Assembly: GCA_963755115.1 (NCBI GenBank)
Contig: CAVWIK010000003.1
Coordinates: 740,032 to 804,031, forward strand
Direction: 5' to 3'
Source: an uncultured Chloroflexia bacterium
GTDB lineage: Bacteria; Chloroflexota; Limnocylindria; Limnocylindrales; CSP1-4
Length of the DNA: 64,000 bases
This document shows positions 36,297-45,819 of this stretch, piece after piece. Made by a program: the position numbers and the translations under genes. Under the pieces are notes generated by a model, which saw nothing but the letters and a program-made list of their open reading frames with translations, made no database searches and had not been told where the DNA came from. The stretch's first letter is position 1. The number at the start of each line of letters is the position of its first letter.

Positions 36297-37466
36297 ATGA
36301 CCGAGACCCTGTCGAAGGGCGCCGCCAACCAGGCGGGCGCCCGGATCGACGCGGACGCCTATGCCAAGGCCGCCGATTTCCTGCCGCTCAACGGGATCGA
36401 CCACGTCGAGTTCTGGGTCGGCAACGCCCGGCAGGCCGCCGCCTACTACCGAGCCCTGTGGGGCTTCACGCCGGTCGCCTTCAGCGGGCTCGAGACGAAG
36501 GTCCGTGACCGGGCGAGCTACGTCATGGTCCAGAACGACATCCGGTTCGTGTTCACGGCGCCACTGACCCCCGACGGCGAGATCGCCGAGCACGTCCGGG
36601 CGCACGGCGACGGCGTCCATGACATCGCCTTCTCGGTGGACGACGTCGAGTCGGCCTGGCGCGAGACGACGTCCCGCGGCGCAGTGTCCGCGTTCGGGCC
36701 GACCGAGCTCGACGGCGGCGAGGACGGCACCCTCCGGACCGCGTCCATCCACACGTACGGCGAGGTCCTGCACTCGTTCGTGGACCGGCGCGAGTACCAC
36801 GGCGCGTTCGCGCCGGGATACCGCGCGGTCAGGAGCCCGGCTCGCGCGGCGACCGGCCTGTCGCTCCTCGAGGTCGACCACTGCGTTGGGAACGTCGGTC
36901 TCGGCGAGATGGACCGGTTCGTGGACTTCTACCGCGACGTGCTGGGGTTCGCCCAGCTCATCCACTACGACGACAAGGTCATCCACACCGACTACAGCGC
37001 GCTGATGTCGAAGGTCATGACCAACGGCAACGGCCGGATCAAGTTCCCCATCAACGAGCCCGCGACCGGCAAGAAGAAGAGCCAGATCCAGGAGTATCTC
37101 GACTGGTATCGCTCTGCCGGATGCCAGCACATCGCGCTGCGGACCGAGGACATCGTCGGGACCGTGCGGCAGCTGCGCGACAACGGCGTCGAGTTCCTGG
37201 GGCTGCCGCACGAGTACTACGCGTCGCTCGCCGACCGCGTCGGCGACGTCGGGGTCCCGATGGACACGCTCGAGGAGCTCGGCATCGAAGCCGACCGCGA
37301 CGAGGAGGGCTACCTCCTCCAGATCTTCACGCGCCCGGTCCAGGACCGCCCGACGTTCTTCTTCGAGATCATCGAGCGCCACGGCTCGCGCGGCTTCGGT
37401 GTCGGCAACTTCAAGGCGCTGTTCGAAGCCATCGAACGCGAGCAGGCGAAGCGCGGGAACCTCTAG
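36297..37466 (+). CDS. hppD: 4-hydroxyphenylpyruvate dioxygenase
   Basis: ..IDHVEFWVGNARQAAAYY..CQHIALRTEDI..LLQIFTRPVQDRPTFFFEIIERHGSRGFGVGNFKALFEAIEREQ. Confidence 0.93.
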   Translation: MTETLSKGAANQAGARIDADAYAKAADFLPLNGIDHVEFWVGNARQAAAYYRALWGFTPVAFSGLETKVRDRASYVMVQNDIRFVFTAPLTPDGEIAEHVRAHGDGVHDIAFSVDDVESAWRETTSRGAVSAFGPTELDGGEDGTLRTASIHTYGEVLHSFVDRREYHGAFAPGYRAVRSPARAATGLSLLEVDHCVGNVGLGEMDRFVDFYRDVLGFAQLIHYDDKVIHTDYSALMSKVMTNGNGRIKFPINEPATGKKKSQIQEYLDWYRSAGCQHIALRTEDIVGTVRQLRDNGVEFLGLPHEYYASLADRVGDVGVPMDTLEELGIEADRDEEGYLLQIFTRPVQDRPTFFFEIIERHGSRGFGVGNFKALFEAIEREQAKRGNL

Positions 37467-37499
37467 TCGAGGCTCCCGCGCTCCGACCGTCAGGATCGG

Positions 37500-38351
37500 C
37501 TACGGGGTGATCCGCACGGAGTCGATCGCCGCCTGCGCGGCGGCACGGTCGGCGGCCGGCGTCGCTGCGTAGTCCAGGAGCACGACGACGGCCGTGTGGC
37601 CGCCGACGTCGAGGAGCCAGACTCGCCAGCGGTTCGACGGGCCGTTCGAATAGAGGCCCTTCGGCTCCGCGAACACGTAGTGATTCCCGCAGGCGGACTG
37701 GGCCGGCAGCTGGATGTCGAGGCGCTTGCCCGAGTAGCCGGCGAGCACCGTGTCCGTCACGCCGGAGACCTCGAGGTCCGTGCGCGCGGAGATCGCCGCG
37801 ACCAGGCCGTCGACGGACGAGCCGCTTGCGTCGGGGGGCGGCGTGTGGACCGATGCGTCGCACGGGTCGCTGACCACCTGGGGATCGTGGTTGAAGGAGA
37901 TCCCGATCCCGCCCGGCGCGTCCGAGAGCTTGGGACCCCCGATGAAGAAGCCGCCGTATCCGGTCCAGCCCGCCGGGGCGGTGATGGTGAAGGCCATCGG
38001 GTCGCCGGGCAGCGCACGGGCGACGTAGTCCCGGGCGTCGAGGCGCCCGTCGGGCAGGGCAGGCGGCGTCGGGGTGGGTGACGGCGTCGGCCCAGGGCCG
38101 CCGACGCCCCCGGAGCTGCCGGGCAGCAGGTTGTAGCCGAGGATGGCGACGATGGCGACAGCCGCGATGGCGGTCGCCAACTTCAAGGTCGTGTTCATGC
38201 GGAGGTGCCTCCAGTCGAGGCGCCATGCGGGTCGCTGGGACTGGCGGCCGATCCGGTCCGCGACGACGTCCAGGACGCGGTCGGGGGCCACGGTCGGGCC
38301 GTCGCTGAACCAGTGGTCGAGAAGACGATCGATGTCGCGTTCGTGGGTCAT
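37500..38351 (-). CDS. Single-pass membrane protein, third ECF-sigma partner paralog (non-propeller ectodomain)
   Basis: ATGA overlap with the sigma gene. MTHERDIDRLLDHWF..SQRPAWRLDWRHLRM plus TM helix. The listed 398-aa ORF is over-extended. Confidence 0.65.
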   Translation of the reverse strand: MTHERDIDRLLDHWFSDGPTVAPDRVLDVVADRIGRQSQRPAWRLDWRHLRMNTTLKLATAIAAVAIVAILGYNLLPGSSGGVGGPGPTPSPTPTPPALPDGRLDARDYVARALPGDPMAFTITAPAGWTGYGGFFIGGPKLSDAPGGIGISFNHDPQVVSDPCDASVHTPPPDASGSSVDGLVAAISARTDLEVSGVTDTVLAGYSGKRLDIQLPAQSACGNHYVFAEPKGLYSNGPSNRWRVWLLDVGGHTAVVVLLDYAATPAADRAAAQAAIDSVRITP

Positions 38352-38941
38352 GCCGGTCGACCTTCCCTGACCGTGGTCCGCGCGTCCGCATCGAGTGCGG
38401 CGCGCATGGCGCGATGGGCGTGATGGAGTCGCGAGCGGGCCGTGCCGTCCGGGATGCCGAGCGTCTCGGCGATCTCGGAAGGCGCGTACCCGAGGTAGTG
38501 GTGCAAGACGAGGATGGCCCGCTGGTCGGGCAGGAGCCGGCGGAACCCGCGTTCCAGCAGGTCGCGCTCGGCGACCGAGAGCAGGTCGTCGGGCGCGGCC
38601 GGTCCGTCGATCGGCAGTACCCGAAGGTTCACGGTGCGACGCCGCTCGCGCGTCGCCTGGACGATGCAGACGTTGACGACGATGCGATGCAGCCACGCGT
38701 CGAAGCGGTCCGGATCGCGGAGGCCCTTCAGGTCACGCCAGGCGATCACCAGAGCGTCCTGGAGGGCATCCTCGGCTCGATCGACGTCGCGCAGGATCCG
38801 CTGAGCGAGGGCGAAGAGCCGGTCACTCCGAGCGCGGATCAGGTCGACGTACGCCGCCTGGTCCCCGTGCCGTGCCGCCTCGACGAGATCGCGATCCACC
38901 CTGCGTCGCCTCTTCGTGCGCCCAGCGGGGGCGCCGTCCAA
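38348..38941 (-). CDS. ECF-type RNA polymerase sigma-70 factor
   Basis: ..DALQDALVIAWRDLKGLRDPDRFDAWLH..LGIPDGTARSRLHHAHRAM... The start may lie downstream of the listed TTG. Confidence 0.85.
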   Translation of the reverse strand: MDGAPAGRTKRRRRVDRDLVEAARHGDQAAYVDLIRARSDRLFALAQRILRDVDRAEDALQDALVIAWRDLKGLRDPDRFDAWLHRIVVNVCIVQATRERRRTVNLRVLPIDGPAAPDDLLSVAERDLLERGFRRLLPDQRAILVLHHYLGYAPSEIAETLGIPDGTARSRLHHAHRAMRAALDADARTTVREGRPA

Positions 38942-39073
38942 CCAATATGGTCGAAACGGAGGCGCCGCCGTTCACTTTTCGCTCCGCTATCCTCGGACCG
39001 GCGTCCAAGGGCGTCGCCGGACGGAGGCATCGAGGATGGACTCGCGACCCGTGGTCATGAAGCCGGCGTGAGG

Positions 39074-39517
39074 ATGCGCCTCGAGGTCTGGCATCTGGCC
39101 GCCGCATGGCTCGCGGTCCTGGTGGCCGCGTGTTCGATCGGTGGCTCGTCGGCCGGGCTGGGCGGCACGGGTTGGACCGTCACGTCGATCGACACGAAGA
39201 GCGCGTCCGCCCCCCAGCCGACGATGGTGTTCGGGACGGACGGGACCATCAGCGGCACGACCGGCTGCAACGAGTACACCGGCACCTACGAGACCGGCGG
39301 CGCGACGATGACCATCCAGTTGTTGTCATCGACGGCCAGGGCCTGCGCCGACCCCGCCGGGGCCGCGCAAGAGGCCGCTCTCACGGTCGCCCTCGACGGA
39401 GCCGCGAGCTGGGCCATCCGCCCCGATGGCAACCTGGAGATCAAGGCCTCATCGGGGATCGGTGGCATCTCGGGCACAGGGGACATCGTGGCGCTCCCCG
39501 CCCTACCGGCGAACTGA
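39074..39517 (+). CDS. META-domain (HslJ-like) lipoprotein
   Basis: Lipobox LVAAC. Motif GTTGCNEYTGTY. Confidence 0.75.
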   Translation: MRLEVWHLAAAWLAVLVAACSIGGSSAGLGGTGWTVTSIDTKSASAPQPTMVFGTDGTISGTTGCNEYTGTYETGGATMTIQLLSSTARACADPAGAAQEAALTVALDGAASWAIRPDGNLEIKASSGIGGISGTGDIVALPALPAN

Positions 39518-39531
39518 CGGGCACCGGCACC

Positions 39532-40545
39532 ATGCGCATCGCCCACGTCCGCGAACGCCACGCACCGGCCGGCACGCCGTGGCGTCTGGCCGCCGCGCTC
39601 GGCGGCGGCGATGCACCGGGCCGCTGGCTTGATCTCGAGGTCGCGCGGCGTCGCGCCACCGCCGCCCGCCCGGAGCTCGCGCACGATGCGGTCCTGTTCC
39701 GCCAGCCGCTGACGACGCTCGACGACCTCCTCGCGCGCCGCCTGCGCGTCGAGTCCCTGCGCGACCTGGTCGAGGGGTTCGCAGCGCGTGACGACGACGA
39801 CCCGGCTGTCCTGCGGGCCGCGGATCTCTCGTTCGGGCCGCCGGTGCTTCGGCCGCCCTCGGTGCGCGACTTCTATGCCTTCGAAGGTCACGTCCGCACG
39901 ATGTGGGAGCGTCGCGGCGGTGAGATCCCCGAGACCTGGTACCGCCTCCCGGTCTTCTACTTCGGCAATGTCTCGGAGGTGCGCGGGCCGGACGATCCGG
40001 TCTGGTCGCCCGCCGCGTCCGTCGAGCTGGACTACGAGCTCGAGGTCGCCGCGCTCATCGACACGCCGGCCATCGACCTGAGTGCGGACCGGGCCGAGGA
40101 CGCCCTCGGCGGCTACACGATCTTCAACGACTGGTCGGCGCGTGACCTCCAGCGCGAGGAGACGGCGGTACGGCTTGGACCGGCCAAGGGCAAGGACTTC
40201 GCGAGCTCGTTCGGTCCGTACCTCGTCACGCCCGACGAGCTCGCCGGCGTCCGTGCCGGGACCGGCTACGACCTGACGATGACGGCCGAGGTCAACGGCA
40301 CCGAGACGAGCCGCGGGCGCTGGTCGGACGCCCAGTTCTCGTTCGCCGACATGCTGGCGCGGGCGAGCGCCGACGTGCACCTGCGGCCGGGCGACCTCAT
40401 CGGGAGCGGCACGGTCGGCTCAGGCTGCCTGCTCGAGGTCCGCGACCAAACGCTCGGGCGGTACCTTGCGCCCGGCGACGAGGTCGTGCTCCGCATCGAG
40501 CGGCTCGGCGCGCTGCGTAACCCGATCGTCGTCCGAGGCGTCTGA
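39532..40545 (+). CDS. fahA: Fumarylacetoacetase-type hydrolase (FAH family)
   Basis: ..VRDFYAFEGHV..PVFYFGNVSEV..LDYELEVAALI..IFNDWSARDLQREE..GPAKGKDFASSFGPYLVTPDEL. Confidence 0.8.
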   Translation: MRIAHVRERHAPAGTPWRLAAALGGGDAPGRWLDLEVARRRATAARPELAHDAVLFRQPLTTLDDLLARRLRVESLRDLVEGFAARDDDDPAVLRAADLSFGPPVLRPPSVRDFYAFEGHVRTMWERRGGEIPETWYRLPVFYFGNVSEVRGPDDPVWSPAASVELDYELEVAALIDTPAIDLSADRAEDALGGYTIFNDWSARDLQREETAVRLGPAKGKDFASSFGPYLVTPDELAGVRAGTGYDLTMTAEVNGTETSRGRWSDAQFSFADMLARASADVHLRPGDLIGSGTVGSGCLLEVRDQTLGRYLAPGDEVVLRIERLGALRNPIVVRGV

Positions 40546-40572
40546 GCCACGACCGAACGCCCGAGGGACGGG

Positions 40573-41622
40573 ATGGGACATCCACGGATCGCAACATCGA
40601 TCGCCGTGGCGGTGCTGATCGCCGGATGCGTGGCTGCGCGACCTGAGGCTTTGCCGGCCACGCCGATAGCGACCGATGCCGGCGCGAGTGCGACGACGCC
40701 TGGCGCCGCGAGCCCCGCGGCCACGCCGGACCCGAGCGCGATCGATCCCGAGACCGCCCACGCGATCGAACTCCGTCGCTCGATGGGCCTGCGCCACGAC
40801 CTGGCCTTCGTCCTCGCGGCCGCGAAGGACCCGGCGACGTCGCTCGAGTTCCTGTCGATCCCGACCTACCCCGATGAGGACGCCAAGCTCCTCGCGGATC
40901 GGGCCGACCAGGATCTCGCCGTCGGTGCCATCCAGGCCTACGCCGCCGACCACGTCGACGAGTTCGGCGGGCTCTACATCGATCGCGACCAGCATCCCGG
41001 CGTCGTGACCGCCCTCTGGACCGACCACCTCGATGCGCATCGAGCCGTACTCGGGGAGCGGCTCGATGGGCGGTTCGTGCTGCTGCGCCAGGTCAAGTAC
41101 AGCTACGACGAGCTCGACAAGCTCAAGGACGGTCTATTCGACGACGATGCCTTCTTCGCCGGCATCCCGGCGCGCCCGTACAGCTACGGCGTCGACATCA
41201 TCCAGAACGCCATCGAGCTCGAGGTCTCCAGCGCCGAGCCGACCGCCGTCGAGCAGATCGAGGCGCACTACGGGCTCGGTGACAAGCTCCGGGTGACCTC
41301 GGACGGGACCGGCGCGATGCTGCTGCCGCGCGGAACGGTCAAGGGGAAGGTCCTCGGACCGGATGGCTCGCGGGTTCGCAACGGCGAACTCGAGCTGCAG
41401 TGGACGAACCTCGATCCCGGCGACTGCGGCGGCGGTGACATCGGCTATGGCGTGGCGGCGGACGGTACCTTCGAGCTCCCATGCCAGGTCGGCAGACGAA
41501 CCATCACGGTGACCGGACCGAAGTGGATCGACGACCATTGGGAGGAGCTCGGGCGAGCCACGGTCACCGTCCGCGCCGGCAAGACCGTCACGGTGACGAT
41601 CCGCCTGACGAAGGCGCCCTGA
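40573..41622 (+). CDS. Hypothetical lipoprotein with a C-terminal carboxypeptidase-regulatory-like beta-sandwich
   Basis: Lipobox LIAGC. C-terminal GTVKGKVLGPDGSRVRNGELEL..VTVRAGKTVTVTIRL. Confidence 0.55.
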   Translation: MGHPRIATSIAVAVLIAGCVAARPEALPATPIATDAGASATTPGAASPAATPDPSAIDPETAHAIELRRSMGLRHDLAFVLAAAKDPATSLEFLSIPTYPDEDAKLLADRADQDLAVGAIQAYAADHVDEFGGLYIDRDQHPGVVTALWTDHLDAHRAVLGERLDGRFVLLRQVKYSYDELDKLKDGLFDDDAFFAGIPARPYSYGVDIIQNAIELEVSSAEPTAVEQIEAHYGLGDKLRVTSDGTGAMLLPRGTVKGKVLGPDGSRVRNGELELQWTNLDPGDCGGGDIGYGVAADGTFELPCQVGRRTITVTGPKWIDDHWEELGRATVTVRAGKTVTVTIRLTKAP

Positions 41623-41656
41623 CCGAGCGACGCACCCGGACAGAAGGCGACGCGGC

Positions 41657-42178
41657 ATGATTCGCCGCATGTTCCGCATCGATGCGATGACGCCCGACGA
41701 CTGGCCGTCCGTGCGCCAGATCTATGCCGACGGCATCTCCACTGGCGACGCCACCCTCGAACGTGACGTGCCCGACTGGGCGCAATTCGACCGGTCGCAC
41801 CGGCCCGACTGCCGGTTCGTGGCTCGTGCGACCTCGGACCCCGCCGACGGTCCGATCCTGGGCTGGGTCGCGCTCAGCCCGTATTCGGGTCGCGCGGTCT
41901 ATGCCGGGGTCGCCTGGGAGAGCGTGTACGTGGCCGAGACCGCACGCGGCATGGGGATCGGCCGGGCGCTGTTCGACGTGCTCATCCCCGCATCCGAGGC
42001 GGCTGGCGTCTGGACGCTCCTCGCCGGGATCCTCGCCGATAACGCGGCCAGCCTGGCCCTCCACGAACGGGTCGGGTTCCGTCGGGTCGGGCTCCAGGAA
42101 CGGATCGGCCAGGACGCCACCGGCCGGTGGCGCGATGTCGCGATCCTCGAGCGGCGGAGCTCCGCCACCGGCGCCTGA
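41657..42178 (+). CDS. GNAT N-acetyltransferase (phosphinothricin acetyltransferase-like)
   Basis: ..WPSVRQIYADGISTGDATLE..SVYVAETARGMGIGRALF..SLALHERVGFRRVG. Confidence 0.8.
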   Translation: MIRRMFRIDAMTPDDWPSVRQIYADGISTGDATLERDVPDWAQFDRSHRPDCRFVARATSDPADGPILGWVALSPYSGRAVYAGVAWESVYVAETARGMGIGRALFDVLIPASEAAGVWTLLAGILADNAASLALHERVGFRRVGLQERIGQDATGRWRDVAILERRSSATGA

Positions 42179-42189
42179 CGAGCGGGCCC

Positions 42190-42985
42190 TCAGGTCGTCG
42201 GGTGCAGGACCAGCACGTCGATCGTCGCCTCCCGCCCACGCAGCTCGAGCGTCCGGCGCTCCGCGCCGACCGGCACCGTACCCGCCGCCTCGGCCGCGTC
42301 CACGCTGACCAGCAGCTCGCCGGCGGCAGCGGCGGACGCGAGACGGGCCGAGGTGTTGACGGGATCGCCCAGGGCCGTGAAGTCGTCGACGAGACCCTCC
42401 GGCCCGGTCGGGCCGACGTAGGCGATCCCGGTATGGACCCCGGCGCCGATCGGGATCGACCCCATCGGGGTCGCATCGGGCCGTCCGGCACGCGCAAGGA
42501 GGTCGGTCGCAGCCGCGATCCCCGCCGCGGCATGCCGCTGGCCCGCTGACTCCGCCGAAGAACAGACCGATGACCTCGTCGCCGACCAGCTTGTCGACGA
42601 TGCCGCCGTTGTCGAGGATCGCCGCCGAGCCAAGTCGGTAGAAATGCACGAGGAAGTCGTGGAAGCCGGTCGGGCTGAGCCGCTCGCCGATGCCCGTGGA
42701 CCCGCGGATGTCGGCGAAGAGGAGCGTGATCGGGATCTCCGCCCCGGTGACCCCGAGCTTTCGGTACTGGCTGATGCAGTTCTGGCAGATGGCCGGGTTG
42801 CCCGGGAACCGGCCGAAACCGAAGTGCTTCATGACCGCGCCGCCGGCTCCCCCGAATGGGGCGTTGCACAGCTTGCAGCGCGGCGAGGACGGGATCCGCT
42901 TGAGGTTGGCTCGGAACTTCGCGAGACCCGGGTGCTCGCCGGTCAGGATCTGCCGGAAGTCCTCGTTGGTCCACGTCCCGGGCAT
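42190..42985 (-). CDS. Class III adenylate/guanylate cyclase with an N-terminal zinc ribbon; frame broken near nt 42547
   Basis: CKLCNAPF..CQNCISQY. ..ITLLFADIRGSTGIGE..VDKLVGDEVIGLFFGG.., then in another frame ..GAGVHTGIAYVG..FTALGDPVNTSARL. Confidence 0.75.
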
Positions 42986-43081
42986 GGCGCGAATCTACGC
43001 TCCGCCCAGCCCTCGCGGATGACGGCCGGACGACACGGCAACGACCTAGACTGAGGGCACGGAGAAGGAGGCCGCTCGCCG

Positions 43082-44308
43082 ATGTTCTACGTCTCGCGCG
43101 GCAACGTCCCGCACAAGCGCCACACCCAGCACCGCGCGCCCGACGGCTCGCTCTACGCCGAGGAGCTGTTCGGGGTCGAGGGGTTCACCGGGCGGGCGTC
43201 GCTGCTGTACCACCTCGTGCCGCCGACGCGGACGCATCGGATCGAGCCCGGGCCGGCGATCGCGGCGCTCGAGGAGGCCGACGACGGCTATCACCACCAC
43301 CGACTGATCGACTCGGCCGGCGTCGAGCCGCACGGTGACGCGGTCAGCGGACGTATCCCGCTCTTCTTCAACAACGACGTCGTGATGGGCGTGGTCCGCC
43401 CGGCGACGTCCATGCCGGACGGCACGTTCTACCGCAACGGCGAGGCCGACGAGCTGCTGTTCGTCCACGAAGGCGACGGCCTGCTCGACACGAACTTCGG
43501 GCCGATCCGCTACGGCCCGGGCGACTACCTCGTCCTCCCGATCGGGACGACCTGGCGCCTCGAACCCGACGACGGATCGGCCCAGCGGATGCTCTATCTC
43601 GAGTGCCCATCCGAGATCGAGGCGCCGAAGCGCTATCGCAACGACTACGGCCAGCTCCTCGAGCACTCGCCGTACTCGCAGCGGGACATCCGCCTGCCGG
43701 ACGAGGTCCCGCCCCGGACGGACACCGGCGACTTCGTCGTCCACGTGAAGATGCGTGGCCGCCTGACGGCGTACCACTACACGACCCACCCGTTCGACGT
43801 CGTCGGCTGGGACGGCTACCTGTGGCCGTACGCGTTCGCCATCGGCGACTTCGAGCCGATCACCGGCCGCGTCCACCAGCCGCCGCCGGTCCACCAGACG
43901 TTCGCGGCGCGCAACTTCGTCGTGTGCTCGTTCGTGCCCCGCAAGTTCGACTACCACCCGCTGGCGATACCGGCGCCGTACAACCACTCGAACATCAACT
44001 CGGACGAGGTCATCTACTACGTCGCGGGCAACTTCATGAGCCGCCGCGGGGTGGGCATCTCGTCGTTCACGTTGCACCCGGCCGGGATCCCGCACGGGCC
44101 GCATCCGGGCACGGCCGAGGCCTCGATCGGCAAGGAGGCCACCGAGGAGCTGGCGGTCATGGTCGACACGTTCCACCCGCTCCGGCTGACGCGGGAAGCG
44201 GCCGCCCTGGAGGACGGCCGCTATCCGTATTCGTGGCTGCCCGCCGATGACGCCCCCGGTGAGGCCCGCGAGCTTGCGGAGCGCGGACCAGAGGCGTTCC
44301 CGGACTGA
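43082..44308 (+). CDS. hmgA: Homogentisate 1,2-dioxygenase
   Basis: MFYVSRGNVPHKRHTQHRAPDGSLYAEELFG..FTLHPAGIPHGPHPG... SD GAAGGAGG. -10 TAGACT at 43047. Confidence 0.9.
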   Translation: MFYVSRGNVPHKRHTQHRAPDGSLYAEELFGVEGFTGRASLLYHLVPPTRTHRIEPGPAIAALEEADDGYHHHRLIDSAGVEPHGDAVSGRIPLFFNNDVVMGVVRPATSMPDGTFYRNGEADELLFVHEGDGLLDTNFGPIRYGPGDYLVLPIGTTWRLEPDDGSAQRMLYLECPSEIEAPKRYRNDYGQLLEHSPYSQRDIRLPDEVPPRTDTGDFVVHVKMRGRLTAYHYTTHPFDVVGWDGYLWPYAFAIGDFEPITGRVHQPPPVHQTFAARNFVVCSFVPRKFDYHPLAIPAPYNHSNINSDEVIYYVAGNFMSRRGVGISSFTLHPAGIPHGPHPGTAEASIGKEATEELAVMVDTFHPLRLTREAAALEDGRYPYSWLPADDAPGEARELAERGPEAFPD

Positions 44309-44442
44309 GCAGGACGTTCCCTGCTCGCCGATACCCATAGGTCCTGCGTCGAACGGTGCCCCACGACACCGGACCACGGAGCCGTCACGCCGGGACGACT
44401 TGGTGGGTGCAACCGCTGGACGTCCTGGCGGACCATGGGTCG

Positions 44443-45759
44443 ATGCACACCCCTCGTCGCGGTCTCCGGGCGATCGCCGTCACGCTCCTGGCGCTCTCGA
44501 TGCTCGCCATCGTCCCCGCGGCCGCGAGTGCCGCGACCGCGGACACGGACAAGGACGGTCTGCCCAATACCTTCGAGATCCACAAGTCGCACACGAACCC
44601 CAGGAAGAAGGACACCGACGGCGACGGGAAGCTCGACGGCAAGGAGGACCCCGATCGCGATGCGCTCACGAACCGGTACGAGTACCTCGCCGGCACGAAC
44701 CCGCGGAAGAAGGACACCGATGGCAACGGGGCGAGCGACGCCAGGGAAGACCCCGACAAGGACGGCCTGAGGAACGCGACCGAGCAGAAGTACGGGACCC
44801 ATCCGCGCCTGGCCGACACCGACGGCGATGGCTACAAGGACGGCACTGAGATCCGCGCCGGCACGAATCCGAAGGACGCCTCGAGTCACCCGGTCCCGCC
44901 ATCGAACCCGGGCGGGGCGCCCACGGTGGCCGGCGCCCCGGACTGCGGCATCTTCCCGACTGACAACGTCTGGAACGTGCGCATCGACGATCGGGACGTC
45001 GCCTCGAACTCGTCGACGATGATGTCCGCGATCGGTCTGACGCGCGGCCTGCACATGGACTTCGGCTCGTACGCGGGCTACGGCATCCCGATCAACGTCG
45101 TCGGCGGCACCACGCCCAGCGGGGCCGTGTCGTTCGACTACGACGACGAATCCGACCACGTCCTCTACCCGATCCCGGCGAGTCCGAAGATCGAAGGTGG
45201 ATCGGACGGGCACATCCTCATGATCGACAAGGACCTGTGCCGGCTCTACGAGCTGTACGCCGCCCGCAAGGTGAACGGCAACTGGCGCGCCGGCAGCGGC
45301 GCGACATGGGACCTGGGCTCGAACGCGCTGCGGCCGGCTGGCTGGACCAGCGCCGACGCCGCTGGCCTGCCGATCCTGCCCGGTCTCGTCCGCTACGACG
45401 AGGTGGCCGCGGGCGCGATCGATCATGCGCTCCGGTTCACGACCGACCAGACCCGGACCTCGTACATCTACCCGGCGCGCCACGAGGCCGGCGACTCGGG
45501 CTCCTCGTCGTTGCCGCCGATGGGGCTCCGCGTCCGGCTCAAGAGCACGTACGACGTCTCGGGCTTCTCGCCGCAGGCACGCGTCATCGCGGTCGCCCTC
45601 CAGCGCTACGGCATGATCCTGGCCGACAACGGGTCGCCCTGGTACATCACAGGCGCCAGCAACCCGAACTTCGACGATGACGTCATGCACGAGCTCGACG
45701 TCATCACCGGTCACGACCTCGAGGTCGTCGATACGAGCGGGCTCGTCAACGGGCCGTAG
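44443..45759 (+). CDS. Secreted protein: thrombospondin type-3-like Ca-binding repeats + uncharacterised conserved C-terminal domain
   Basis: Signal peptide ..AIVPAAASA-AT. Five or so D.D.DG repeats (DTDKDGLPN, DTDGDGKLDG, DPDRDALTN, DTDGNGASD, DPDKDGLRN, DTDGDGYKDG). Confidence 0.7.
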   Translation: MHTPRRGLRAIAVTLLALSMLAIVPAAASAATADTDKDGLPNTFEIHKSHTNPRKKDTDGDGKLDGKEDPDRDALTNRYEYLAGTNPRKKDTDGNGASDAREDPDKDGLRNATEQKYGTHPRLADTDGDGYKDGTEIRAGTNPKDASSHPVPPSNPGGAPTVAGAPDCGIFPTDNVWNVRIDDRDVASNSSTMMSAIGLTRGLHMDFGSYAGYGIPINVVGGTTPSGAVSFDYDDESDHVLYPIPASPKIEGGSDGHILMIDKDLCRLYELYAARKVNGNWRAGSGATWDLGSNALRPAGWTSADAAGLPILPGLVRYDEVAAGAIDHALRFTTDQTRTSYIYPARHEAGDSGSSSLPPMGLRVRLKSTYDVSGFSPQARVIAVALQRYGMILADNGSPWYITGASNPNFDDDVMHELDVITGHDLEVVDTSGLVNGP

Positions 45760-45819
45760 CTCGAACTCGGACGACGTGGCGACGGCCACGACCCGCCGCT
45801 GAGCCGTCATCATCGGCGC

